A stretch of 64,000 nucleotides of DNA from Eledone cirrhosa. Taxonomy: Eukaryota. Where the stretch lies: positions 416,206,001-416,270,000 of the forward strand of contig OZ024741.1 of assembly GCA_964016885.1 (NCBI GenBank), in the 5' to 3' direction. Of the stretch, positions 1 to 12,700 are shown piece after piece. The notes under the pieces are model-generated. The model searched no databases and had not been told where the DNA came from. It saw only the letters and a program-made list of their open reading frames with translations. Every line of letters begins with the position of its first letter. Position 1 is the stretch's first letter. A program made the position numbers and the translations under genes.

Positions 1-75
1 AACCATTTAGTTACCAACCTGGTCAACACTGACCAAGACTATTACCTACAGTTGTCTTAACCCTTTAGTTTCCAA

Positions 76-95
76 CCTGGTCAACACTGACCAGG
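76..95. other. Perfect 8-bp inverted repeat with 4-nt loop (potential hairpin/cruciform); example copy, located at monomer positions 18-37 throughout the array
   Basis: CCTGGTCA (76-83) + ACAC + TGACCAGG (88-95) are exact reverse complements. Each arm contains a CCWGG site. Confidence 0.95.
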
Positions 96-3000
96 ACTAT
101 TACCTACAGTTGTCTTAACCCTTTAGTTACAAACCTGGTCAACACTGACCAGGACTATTACCTACAGTTGTCTTAAACCCTTTAGTTTCCAGCCTGGTCA
201 ACACTGACCAGGACTATTACCTACAGTTGTCTTAACCCTTTAGTTACCAACCTGGTCAACACTGACCAGGACTATTACCTACAGTTTTCTCAACCCTTTA
301 GTTACCAACCTGGTCAACACTGACCAAGACTTACCTACAGTTGTCTTAACCCTTTAGTTACCAACCTGCTCAACACTGACCAGGACTATTACCTACAGTT
401 GTCTTAACCATTTAGTTACCCACCTGGTCAACACTGACTAAGACTATTACCTACAGTTGTCTTAACCCTTTAGTTTCCAACCTGGTCAACACTGACCAGG
501 ACTATTACCTACAGTTGTGTTAACCCTTTAGTTTCCACCCTGGTCAACACTGACCAGGACTATTACCTACAGTTGTGTTAACCCTTTAGTTACCAACCTG
601 GTCAACAATGACCAGGACTATTACCTACAGTTGTCTTAACCCTTTAGTTTCCAACCTGGTCAACACTGACCAAGACTATTACCTACAGTTGTCTTAACCC
701 TTTAGTTACCAACCTGGTCAACACTGACCAAGACTATTACCTACAGTTGTCTTAACCCTTTAGTTACCAACCTGGTCAACACTGACCAGGACTATTACCT
801 ACAGTTGTCTTAACCCTTTAGTTTCCAACCTGGTCAACACTGACCAGGACTATTACCTACAGCTGTGTTAACCCTTTAGTTACCAACCTGGTCAACACAG
901 ACCAGGACTATTACCTACAGTTGTTTTAACCCTTTAGTTTCCAACCTGGTCAACACTGACCAGGACTATTACCTACAGTTGTCTTAACCCTTTAGTTACC
1001 AACCTGGTCAACACTGACCAGCACTATTACCTAGAGTTGTCTTAACCCTTTAGTTACCAACCTGGTCAACACTGACCAGGACTATTACCTACAGTTGTTT
1101 TAACCCTTTAGTTACCAACCTGGTCAACACTGACCAGCACTATTACCTAGAGTTGTCTTAACCCTTTAGTTACCAACCTGGTCAACACTGACCAGGACTA
1201 TTACCTACAGATGTGTTAACCCTTTAGTTACCAACCTGGTCAACACTTACCAGGACTATTACCTACAGTTGTCTTAACCCTTTAGTTACCAACCTGGTCA
1301 ACACTGACCAGGACTATTACCTACAGTTGTCTTAAACCATTTAGTTTCCAGCCTGGTCAACACTGACCAGGACTATTACCTACAGTTGTTTAACCCTTTA
1401 GTTACCAACCTGGTCAACACTAACCAGGACTATTACCTACAGTTGTCTTAACCCTTTAGTTACCAACCTGGTCAACACTGACCAGGACTATTACCTACAG
1501 TTGTCTTAAACCCTTTAGTTTCCAGCCTGGTCAACACTGACCAGGACTATTACCTACAGTTGTTTTAACCCTTTAGTTACCAACCTGGTCAACTCTGACC
1601 ATGACTATTACCTACAGTTGTCTTAACCCTTTAGTTACCAACCTGGTCAACACTGACCAGGACTATTACCTACAGTTTTCTCAACCCTTTAGTTACCAAC
1701 CTGGTCAACACTGACCAAGACTATTACCTACAGTTGTCTTAACCCTTTAGTTACCAACCGGGTCAACACTGACCAGGACTATTACCTACAGCTGTGTTAA
1801 CCCTTTAGTTACCAACCTGGTCAACACTGACCATGACTATTACCTACAGCTGTGTTAACCCTTTAGTTACCAACCTGGTCAACACTGACCAGGACTATTA
1901 CCTACAGTTGTCTTAACCCTTTAGTTACCAACCTGGTCAACACAGACCAGGACCATTACCTACAGTTGTCTTAACCCTTTAGTTTCCAACCTGGTCAACA
2001 CTGACCATGACTGTTACCTACAGTTGTCTTAACCCTTTAGTTACCAACCTGGTCAACACTGACCAGGACTTACCTACAGTTGTCTTAACCCTTTAGTTAC
2101 CAACCTGGTCAACACTGACCAGGACTTTAACCTACAGTTGTCTTAACCCTTTAGTTACCAACCTGGTCAACACTGACCAGGACTTACCTACAGTTGTCTT
2201 AACCCTTTAGTTACCAACCTGGTCAACACTGACCAGGACTTACCTACAGTTGTCTTAACCCTTTAGTTACCAACCTGGTCAACACTGACCAGGACTATTA
2301 CCTACAGTTGTCTTAAAACCTTTAGTTTCAAGCCTGGTGAACACTGACCAGGACTATTACCTACAGTTGTTTTAACCCTTTAGTTACCAACCTGGTCAAC
2401 ACTGACCAGGACTATTACCTACAGTTGTCTTAAACCCTTTAGTTTCCAGCCTGGTCAACACTGACCAGGACTATTACCTACAGTTGTTTTTACCCTTTAG
2501 TTACCAACCTGGTCAACACTGACCAGGACTATTACCTACAGTTGTCTTAAAACCTTTAGTTTCCAGCCTGGTCAACACTGACCAGGACTATTACCTACAG
2601 TTGTTTTAACCCTTTAGTTACCAACCCGGTCAACACTGACCATGACTATTACCTACAGTTGTCTTAACCCTTTAGTTACCAACCTGGTCAACACTGACCA
2701 GGACTATTACCTACAGTTTTCTCAACCCTTTAGTTACCAACCTGGTCAACACTGACCAAGACTTACCTACAGTTGTCTTAACCCTTTAGTTACCAACCTG
2801 GTCAACACTGACCTGGACTATTACTTACAGTTGTCTTAACCCTTTAGTTACCAACCTGGTCAACACTGACCAAGTCTATTACCTACAGTTGTCTTAAACA
2901 TTTAGTTTCCACCCTGGTCAACTCTGACCAGGACTATTACCTACAGTTGTCTTAACCCTTTAGTTTCCAACCTGGTCAACACTGACCAAGACTATTACCT

Positions 3001-3759
3001 ACAGTTGTCTTAACCCTTTAGTTACCAACCTGGTCAACACTGACCAGGACTATTACCTACAGTTGTCTTAACCCTTTAGTTTCCAACCTGGTCAACACTG
3101 ACCAAGACTATTACCTACAGTTTTCTCAACCCTTTAGTTACCAACCTGGTCAACACTGACCAAGACTATTACCTACAGTTGTCTTAACCCTTTAGTTTCC
3201 AACCTGGTCAACACTGACCAGCACTAGTACCTACAGTTGTCTTAACCCTTTAGTTACCAACCTGGTCAACACTGACCAAGACTATTACCTACAGTTGTCT
3301 TAACCCCTTAGTTACCAACCTGGTCAACACAGACCAGGACTATTACCTACCGTTGTCTTAACCCTTTAGTTACCAACCTGGTCAACACTGACCAGGACTA
3401 TTACCTACAGTTGTCTTAACCCTTTAGTTTCCAACCTGGTCAACACTGACCAGGACCATTACCTACAGTTGTCTTAACCCTTTAGTTTCCAACCTGGTCA
3501 ACACTGCCCAAGACTATTACCTACAGTTGTCTTAACCCTTTAGTTACCGACCTGGTCAACACTGACCAAGACTATTACCTACAGTTGTCTTAACCCTTTA
3601 GTTACCAACCTGGTCAACACTGACCAGGACTATTACCTACAGTTGTCTTAACCCTTTAGTTTCCAACCTGGTCAACACTGACCAGGACTATTACCTACAG
3701 CTGTGTTAACCCTTTAGTTACCAACCTGGTCAACACTTACCAGGACTATTACCTACAGT

Positions 3760-6700
3760 TGTCTTAACCCTTTAGTTACCAACCTGGTCAACACTGACCA
3801 GGACTATTACCTACAGTTGTCTTAAACCCTTTAGTTTCCAGCCTGGTCAACACTGACCAGGACTATTACCTACAGTTGTTTTAACCCTTTAGTTACCAAC
3901 CTGGTCAACACTGACCATGACTATTACCTACAGTTGTCTTAACCCTTTAGTTACCAACCTGGTCAACACTGACCAGGACTATTACCTACAGTTTTCTCAA
4001 CCCTTTAGTTACCAACCTGGTCAACACTGACCAAGACTTACCTACAGTTGTCTTAACCCTTTAGTTACCAACCTGGTCAACACTGACCAGGACTATTACC
4101 TACAGTTGTCTTAACCATTTAGTTACCAACCTGGTCAACACTGACCAAGACTATTACCTACAGTTGTCTTAACCCTTTAGTTTCCAACCTGGTCAACACT
4201 GACCAGGACTATTACCTACAGTTGTGTTAACCCTTTAGTTTCCACCCTGGTCAACACTGACCAGGACTATTACCTACAGTTGTGTTAACCCTTTAGTTAC
4301 CAACCTGGTCAACAATGACCAGGACTATTACCTACAGTTGTCTTAACCCTTTAGTTTCCAACCTGGTCAACACTGACCAAGACTATTACCTACAGTTGTC
4401 TTAACCCTTTAGTTACCAACCTGGTCAACACTGACCAGGACTATTACCTACAGTTGTCTTAACCCTTTAGTTACCAACCTGGTCAACACTGACCAGGACC
4501 ATTACCTACAGTTGTCTTAACCCTTTAGTTTCCAACCTGGTCAACACTGACCAAGACTATTACCTACAGTTGTCTTAACCCTTTAGATACCAACCTGGTC
4601 AACACTGACCAAGACTATTACCTACAGTTGTCTTAACCCTTTAGTTACCAACCTGGTCAACACTGACCAGGACTATTACCTACAGTTGTCTTAACCCTTT
4701 AGTTTCCAACCTGGTCAACACTGACCAGGACTATTACCTACAGCTGTGTTAACCCTTTAGTTACCAACCTGGTCAACACAGACCAGGACTATTACCTACA
4801 GTTGTTTTAACCCTTTAGTTTCCAACCTGGTCAACACTGACCAGGACTATTACCTACAGTTGTCTTAACCCTTTAGTTACCAACCTGGTCAACACTGACC
4901 AGGACTATTACCTACAGTTGTTTTAACCCTTTAGTTACCAACCTGGTCAACACTGACCAGCACTATTACCTAGAGTTGTCTTAACCCTTTAGTTACCAAC
5001 CTGGTCAACACTGACCAGGACTATTACCTACAGATGTGTTAACCCTTTAGTTACCAACCTGGTCAACACTTACCAGGACTATTACCTACAGTTGTCTTAA
5101 CCCTTTAGTTACCAACCTGGTCAACACTGACCAGGACTATTACCTACAGTTGTGTTAACCCTTTAGTTACCAACCTGGTCAACACTGACCAGGACTATTA
5201 CCTACAGTTTTCTCAACCCTTTAGTTACCAACCTGGTCAACACTGACCAAGACTTACCTACAGTTGTCTTAACCCTTTAGTTACCAAACTGGTCAACACT
5301 GACCAGGACTATTACCTACAGTTGTCTTAACCATTTAGTTACCAACCTGGTCAACACTGACCAAGACTATTACCTACAGTTGTCTTAACCCTTTAGTTTC
5401 CAACCCGGTCAACACTGACCAGGACTATTACCTACAGTTGTGTTAACCCTTTAGTTTCCACCCTGGTCAACACTGACCAGGACTATTACCTACAGTTGTG
5501 TTAACCCTTTAGTTACCAACCTGGTCAACACTGACCAGGACTATTACCTACAGTTGTCTTAACCCTTTAGTTTCCAACCTGGTGAACACTGACCAAGACT
5601 ATTACCTACAGTTGTCTTAACCCTTTAGTTACCAACCTGGTCAACACTGACCATGACTATTACCTACAGTTGTTTTAACCCTTTAGTTACCAACCTGGTC
5701 AACACCGACCAGCACTATTACCTAGAGTTGTCTTAACCCTTTAGTTACCAACCTGGTCAACACTGACCAGGACTATTACCTACAGAGGTGTTAACCCTTT
5801 AGTTACCAACCTGGTCAACACTGACCAAGACTATTACCTACAGTTGTCTTAAACCCTTTAGTTTCCAGCCTGGTCAACACTGACCAGGACTATTACCTAC
5901 AGTTGTATTAACCCTTTAGTTACCAACCTGGTCAACACTGACCAGGACTATTACCTACAGCTGTGTTAACCCTTTAGTTACCAACCTGGTCAACACTGAC
6001 CATGACTATTACCTACAGCTGTGTTAACCCTTTAGTTACCAACCTGGTCAACACTGACCAGGACTATTACCTACAGTTGTCTTAACCCTTTAGTTACCAA
6101 CCTGGTCAACACAGACCAGGACTATTACCTACAGTTGTCTTAACCCTTTAGTTTCCAACCTGGTCAACACTGACCATGACTATTACCTACAGTTGTCTTA
6201 ACCCTTTAGTTACCAACCTGGTCAACACTGACCAGGACTTACCTACAGTTGTCTTAACCCTTTAGTTACCAACCTGGTCAACACTGACCAGGACTTTAAC
6301 CTACAGTTGTCTTAACCCTTTAGTTACCAACCTGGTCAACACTGACCAGGACTTACCTACAGTTGTCTTAAACCCTTTAGTTTCAAGCCTGGTCAACACT
6401 GACCAGGACTATTACCTACAGTTGTTTTAACCCTTTAGTTACCAACCTGGTCAACACTGACCAGGACTATTACCTACAGTTGTCTTAAACCCTTTAGTTT
6501 CAAGCCTGGTCAACACTGACCAGGACTATTACCTACAGTTGTTTTAACCCTTTAGTTACCAACCTGGTCAACACTGACCAGGACTATTACCTACAGTTGT
6601 CTTAAACCCTTTAGTTTCCAGCCTGGTCAACACTGACCAGGACTATTACCTACAGTTGTTTTTACCCTTTAGTTACCAACCTGGTCAACACTGACCAGGA

Positions 6701-9700
6701 CTATTACCTACAGTTGTCTTAAAACCTTTAGTTTCCAGCCTGGTCAACACTGACCAGGACTATTACCTACAGTTGTTTTAACCCTTTAGTTACCAACCTG
6801 GTCAACACTGACCATGACCATTACCTACAGTTGTCTTAACCCTTTAGTTACCAACCTGGTCAACACTGACCAGGACTATTACCTACAGTTTTCTCAACCC
6901 TTTAGTTACCAACCTGGTCAACACTGACCAAGACTTACCTACAGTTGTCTTAACCCTTTAGTTACCAACCTGGTCAACACTGACCTGGACTATTACTTAC
7001 AGTTGTCTTAACCCTTTAGTTACCAACCTGGTCAACACTGACCAAGTCTATTACCTACAGTTGTCTTAACCATTTAGTTTCCAACCTGGTCAACACTGAC
7101 CAGGACTATTACCTACAGTTGTGTTAACCCTTTAGTTTCCACCCTGGTCAACACTGACCAGGACTATTACCTACAGTTGTCTTAACCCTTTAGTTTCCAA
7201 CCTGGTCAACACTGACCAAGACTATTACCTACAGTTGTCTTAACCCTTTAGTTACCAACCTGGTCAACACTGACCAGGACTATTACCTACAGTTGTCTTA
7301 ACCCTTTAGTTTCCAACCTGGTCAACACTGACCAAGACTATTACCTACAGTTTTCTCAACCCTTTAGTTACCAACCTGGTCAACACTGACCAAGACTATT
7401 ACCTACAGTTGTCTTAACCCTTTAGTTACCAACCTGGTCAACACTGACCAGGACTATTACCTACAGTTGTATTAACCCTTTAGTTACCAACCTGGTCAAC
7501 ACTGTCCAAGACTATTACCTACAGTTGTCTTAACCCTTTAGTTTCCAACCTGGTCAACACTGACCAGCACTAGTACCTACAGTTGTCTTAACCCTTTAGT
7601 TACCAACCTGGTCAACACTGACCAAGACTATTACCTACAGTTGTCTTAACCCCTTAGTTACCAACCTGGTCAACACTGACCAGGACTATTACCTACAGTT
7701 GTCTTAACCCTTTAGTTTCCAACCTGGTCAACACTGACCAGGACCATTACCTACAGTTGTCTTAACCCTTTAGTTTCCAACCTGGTCAACACTGCCCAAG
7801 ACTATTACCTACAGTTGTCTTAACCCTTTAGTTACCAACCTGGTCAACACTGACCAGGACTATTACCTACAGTTGTCTTAACCCTTTAGTTTCCAACCTG
7901 GTCAACACTGACCAGGACTATTACCTACAGCTGTGTTAACCCTTTAGTTACCAACCTGGTCAACACTTACCAGGACTATTACCTACAGCTGTCTTAACCC
8001 TTTAGTTACCAACCTGGTCAACACTGACCAGGACTATTACCTACAGTTGTCTTAAACCCTTTAGTTTCCAGCCTGGTCAACACTGACAAGGACTATTACC
8101 TACAGTTGTTTTAACCCTTTAGTTACCAACCTGGTCAACACTAACCAGGACTCTTACCTACAGTTGTCTTAACCCTTTAGTTACCAACCTGGTCAACACT
8201 GACCAGGACTATTACCTACAGTTGTCTTAAACCCTTTAGTTTCCAGCCTGGTCAACACTGACCAGGACTATTACCTACAGTTGTTTTAACCCTTTAGTTA
8301 CCAACCTGGTCAACACTGACCATGACTATTACCTACAGTTGTCTTAACCCTTTAGTTACCAACCTGGTCAACACTGACCAGGACTATTACCTACAGTTTT
8401 CTCAACCCTTTAGTTACCAACCTGGTCAACACTGACCAAGACTTACCTACAGTTGTCTTAACCCTTTAGTTACCAACCTGGTCAACACTGACCAGGACTA
8501 TTACCTACAGTTGTCTTAACCATTTAGTTACCAACCTGGTCAACACTGACCAAGACTATTACCTACAGTTGTCTTAACCCTTTAGTTTCCAACCTGGTCA
8601 ACACTGACCAGGACTATTACCTACAGTTGTGTTAACCCTTTAGTTTCCACCCTGGTCAACACTGACCAGGACTATTACCTACAGTTGTGTTAACCCTTTA
8701 GTTACCAACCTGGTCAACAATGACCAGGACTATTACCTACAGTTGTCTTAACCCTTTAGTTTCCAACCTGGTCAACACTGACCAAGACTATTACCTACAG
8801 TTGTCTTAACCCTTTAGTTACCAACCTGGTCAACACTGACCAGGACTATTACCTACAGTTGTCTTAACCCTTTAGTTACCAACCTGGTCAACACTGACCA
8901 GGACCATTACCTACAGTTGTCTTAACCCTTTAGTTTCCAACCTGGTCAACACTGACCAAGACTATTACCTACAGTTGTCTTAACCCTTTAGATACCAACC
9001 TGGTCAACACTGACCAAGACTATTACCTACAGTTGTCTTAACCCTTTAGTTACCAACCTGGTCAACACTGACCAGGACTATTACCTACAGTTGTCTTAAC
9101 CCTTTAGTTTCCAACCTGGTCAACACTGACCAGGACTATTACCTACAGCTGTGTTAACCCTTTAGTTACCAACCTGGTCAACACAGACCAGGACTATTAC
9201 CTACAGTTGTTTTAACCCTTTAGTTTCCAACCTGGTCAACACTGACCAGGACTATTACCTACAGTTGTCTTAACCCTTTAGTTACCAACCTGGTCAACAC
9301 TGACCAGGACTATTACCTACAGTTGTTTTAACCCTTTAGTTACCAACCTGGTCAACACTGACCAGCACTATTACCTAGAGTTGTCTTAACCCTTTAGTTA
9401 CCAACCTGGTCAACACTGACCAGGACTATTACCTACAGATGTGTTAACCCTTTAGTTACCAACCTGGTCAACACTTACCAGGACTATTACCTACAGTTGT
9501 CTTAACCCTTTAGTTACCAACCTGGTCAACACTGACCAGGACTATTACCTACAGTTGTGTTAACCCTTTAGTTACCAACCTGGTCAACACTGACCAGGAC
9601 TATTACCTACAGTTTTCTCAACCCTTTAGTTACCAACCTGGTCAACACTGACCAAGACTTACCTACAGTTGTCTTAACCCTTTAGTTACCAAACTGGTCA

Positions 9701-12700
9701 ACACTGACCAGGACTATTACCTACAGTTGTCTTAACCATTTAGTTACCAACCTGGTCAACACTGACCAAGACTATTACCTACAGTTGTCTTAACCCTTTA
9801 GTTTCCAACCCGGTCAACACTGACCAGGACTATTACCTACAGTTGTGTTAACCCTTTAGTTTCCACCCTGGTCAACACTGACCAGGACTATTACCTACAG
9901 TTGTGTTAACCCTTTAGTTACCAACCTGGTCAACACTGACCAGGACTATTACCTACAGTTGTCTTAACCCTTTAGTTTCCAACCTGGTGAACACTGACCA
10001 AGACTATTACCTACAGTTGTCTTAACCCTTTAGTTACCAACCTGGTCAACACTGACCATGACTATTACCTACAGTTGTTTTAACCCTTTAGTTACCAACC
10101 TGGTCAACACCAACCAGCACTATTACCTAGAGTTGTCTTAACCCTTTAGTTACCAACCTGGTCAACACTGACCAGGACTATTACCTACAGAGGTGTTAAC
10201 CCTTTAGTTACCAACCTGGTCAACACTGACCAAGACTATTACCTACAGTTGTCTTAAACCCTTTAGTTTCCAGCCTGGTCAACACTGACCAGGACTATTA
10301 CCTACAGTTGTATTAACCCTTTAGTTACCAACCTGGTCAACACTGACCAGGACTATTACCTACAGCTGTGTTAACCCTTTAGTTACCAACCTGGTCAACA
10401 CTGACCATGACTATTACCTACAGCTGTGTTAACCCTTTAGTTACCAACCTGGTCAACACTGACCAGGACTATTACCTACAGTTGTCTTAACCCTTTAGTT
10501 ACCAACCTGGTCAACACAGACCAGGACTATTACCTACAGTTGTCTTAACCCTTTAGTTTCCAACCTGGTCAACACTGACCATGACTATTACCTACAGTTG
10601 TCTTAACCCTTTAGTTACCAACCTGGTCAACACTGACCAGGACTTACCTACAGTTGTCTTAACCCTTTAGTTACCAACCTGGTCAACACTGACCAGGACT
10701 TTAACCTACAGTTGTCTTAACCCTTTAGTTACCAACCTGGTCAACACTGACCAGGACTTACCTACAGTTGTCTTAAACCCTTTAGTTTCAAGCCTGGTCA
10801 ACACTGACCAGGACTATTACCTACAGTTGTTTTAACCCTTTAGTTACCAACCTGGTCAACACTGACCAGGACTATTACCTACAGTTGTCTTAAACCCTTT
10901 AGTTTCAAGCCTGGTCAACACTGACCAGGACTATTACCTACAGTTGTTTTAACCCTTTAGTTACCAACCTGGTCAACACTGACCAGGACTATTACCTACA
11001 GTTGTCTTAAACCCTTTAGTTTCCAGCCTGGTCAACACTGACCAGGACTATTACCTACAGTTGTTTTTACCCTTTAGTTACCAACCTGGTCAACACTGAC
11101 CAGGACTATTACCTACAGTTGTCTTAAAACCTTTAGTTTCCAGCCTGGTCAACACTGACCAGGACTATTACCTACAGTTGTTTTAACCCTTTAGTTACCA
11201 ACCTGGTCAACACTGACCATGACCATTACCTACAGTTGTCTTAACCCTTTAGTTACCAACCTGGTCAACACTGACCAGGACTATTACCTACAGTTTTCTC
11301 AACCCTTTAGTTACCAACCTGGTCAACACTGACCAAGACTTACCTACAGTTGTCTTAACCCTTTAGTTACCAACCTGGTCAACACTGACCTGGACTATTA
11401 CTTACAGTTGTCTTAACCCTTTAGTTACCAACCTGGTCAACACTGACCAAGTCTATTACCTACAGTTGTCTTAACCATTTAGTTTCCAACCTGGTCAACA
11501 CTGACCAGGACTATTACCTACAGTTGTGTTAACCCTTTAGTTTCCACCCTGGTCAACACTGACCAGGACTATTACCTACAGTTGTCTTAACCCTTTAGTT
11601 TCCAACCTGGTCAACACTGACCAAGACTATTACCTACAGTTGTCTTAACCCTTTAGTTACCAACCTGGTCAACACTGACCAGGACTATTACCTACAGTTG
11701 TCTTAACCCTTTAGTTTCCAACCTGGTCAACACTGACCAAGACTATTACCTACAGTTTTCTCAACCCTTTAGTTACCAACCTGGTCAACACTGACCAAGA
11801 CTATTACCTACAGTTGTCTTAACCCTTTAGTTACCAACCTGGTCAACACTGACCAGGACTATTACCTACAGTTGTATTAACCCTTTAGTTACCAACCTGG
11901 TCAACACTGTCCAAGACTATTACCTACAGTTGTCTTAACCCTTTAGTTTCCAACCTGGTCAACACTGACCAGCACTAGTACCTACAGTTGTCTTAACCCT
12001 TTAGTTACCAACCTGGTCAACACTGACCAAGACTATTACCTACAGTTGTCTTAACCCCTTAGTTACCAACCTGGTCAACACTGACCAGGACTATTACCTA
12101 CAGTTGTTTTAACCCTTTAGTTACCAACCTGGTCAACACTGACCAGCACTATTACCTAGAGTTGTCTTAACCCTTTAGTTACCAACCTGGTCAACACTGA
12201 CCAGGACTATTACCTACAGTTGTGTTAACCCTTTAGTTTCCACCCTGGTCAACACTGACCAGGACTATTACCTACAGTTGTGTTAACCCTTTAGTTACCA
12301 ACCTGGTCAACAATGACCAGGACTATTACCTACAGTTGTCTTAACCCTTTAGTTTCCAACCTGGTCAACACTGACCAAGACTATTACCTACAGTTGTCTT
12401 AACCCTTTAGTTACCAACCTGGTCAACACTGACCAGGACTATTACCTACAGTTGTCTTAACCATTTAGTTACCAACCTGGTCAACACTGACCAAGACTAT
12501 TACCTACAGTTGTCTTAACCCTTTAGTTTCCAACCTGGTCAACACTGACCAGGACTATTACCTACAGTTGTGTTAACCCTTTAGTTTCCACCCTGGTCAA
12601 CACTGACCAGGACTATTACCTACAGTTGTGTTAACCCTTTAGTTACCAACCTGGTCAACAATGACCAGGACTATTACCTACAGTTGTCTTAACCCTTTAG

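Noticed and set aside
58-63. Telomeric repeat (TAACCC; TAAACCC in the 59-bp variant)
   Set aside because: There is only one hexamer per 58 bp, never in tandem, and the G-runs are too sparse for a canonical G-quadruplex. A subtelomeric location cannot be judged from this window.
79-92. Estrogen response element-like GGTCA-n-TGACC
   Set aside because: The spacer is 4 nt rather than 3 and the half-sites are TGGTCA rather than AGGTCA. There is no gene context.
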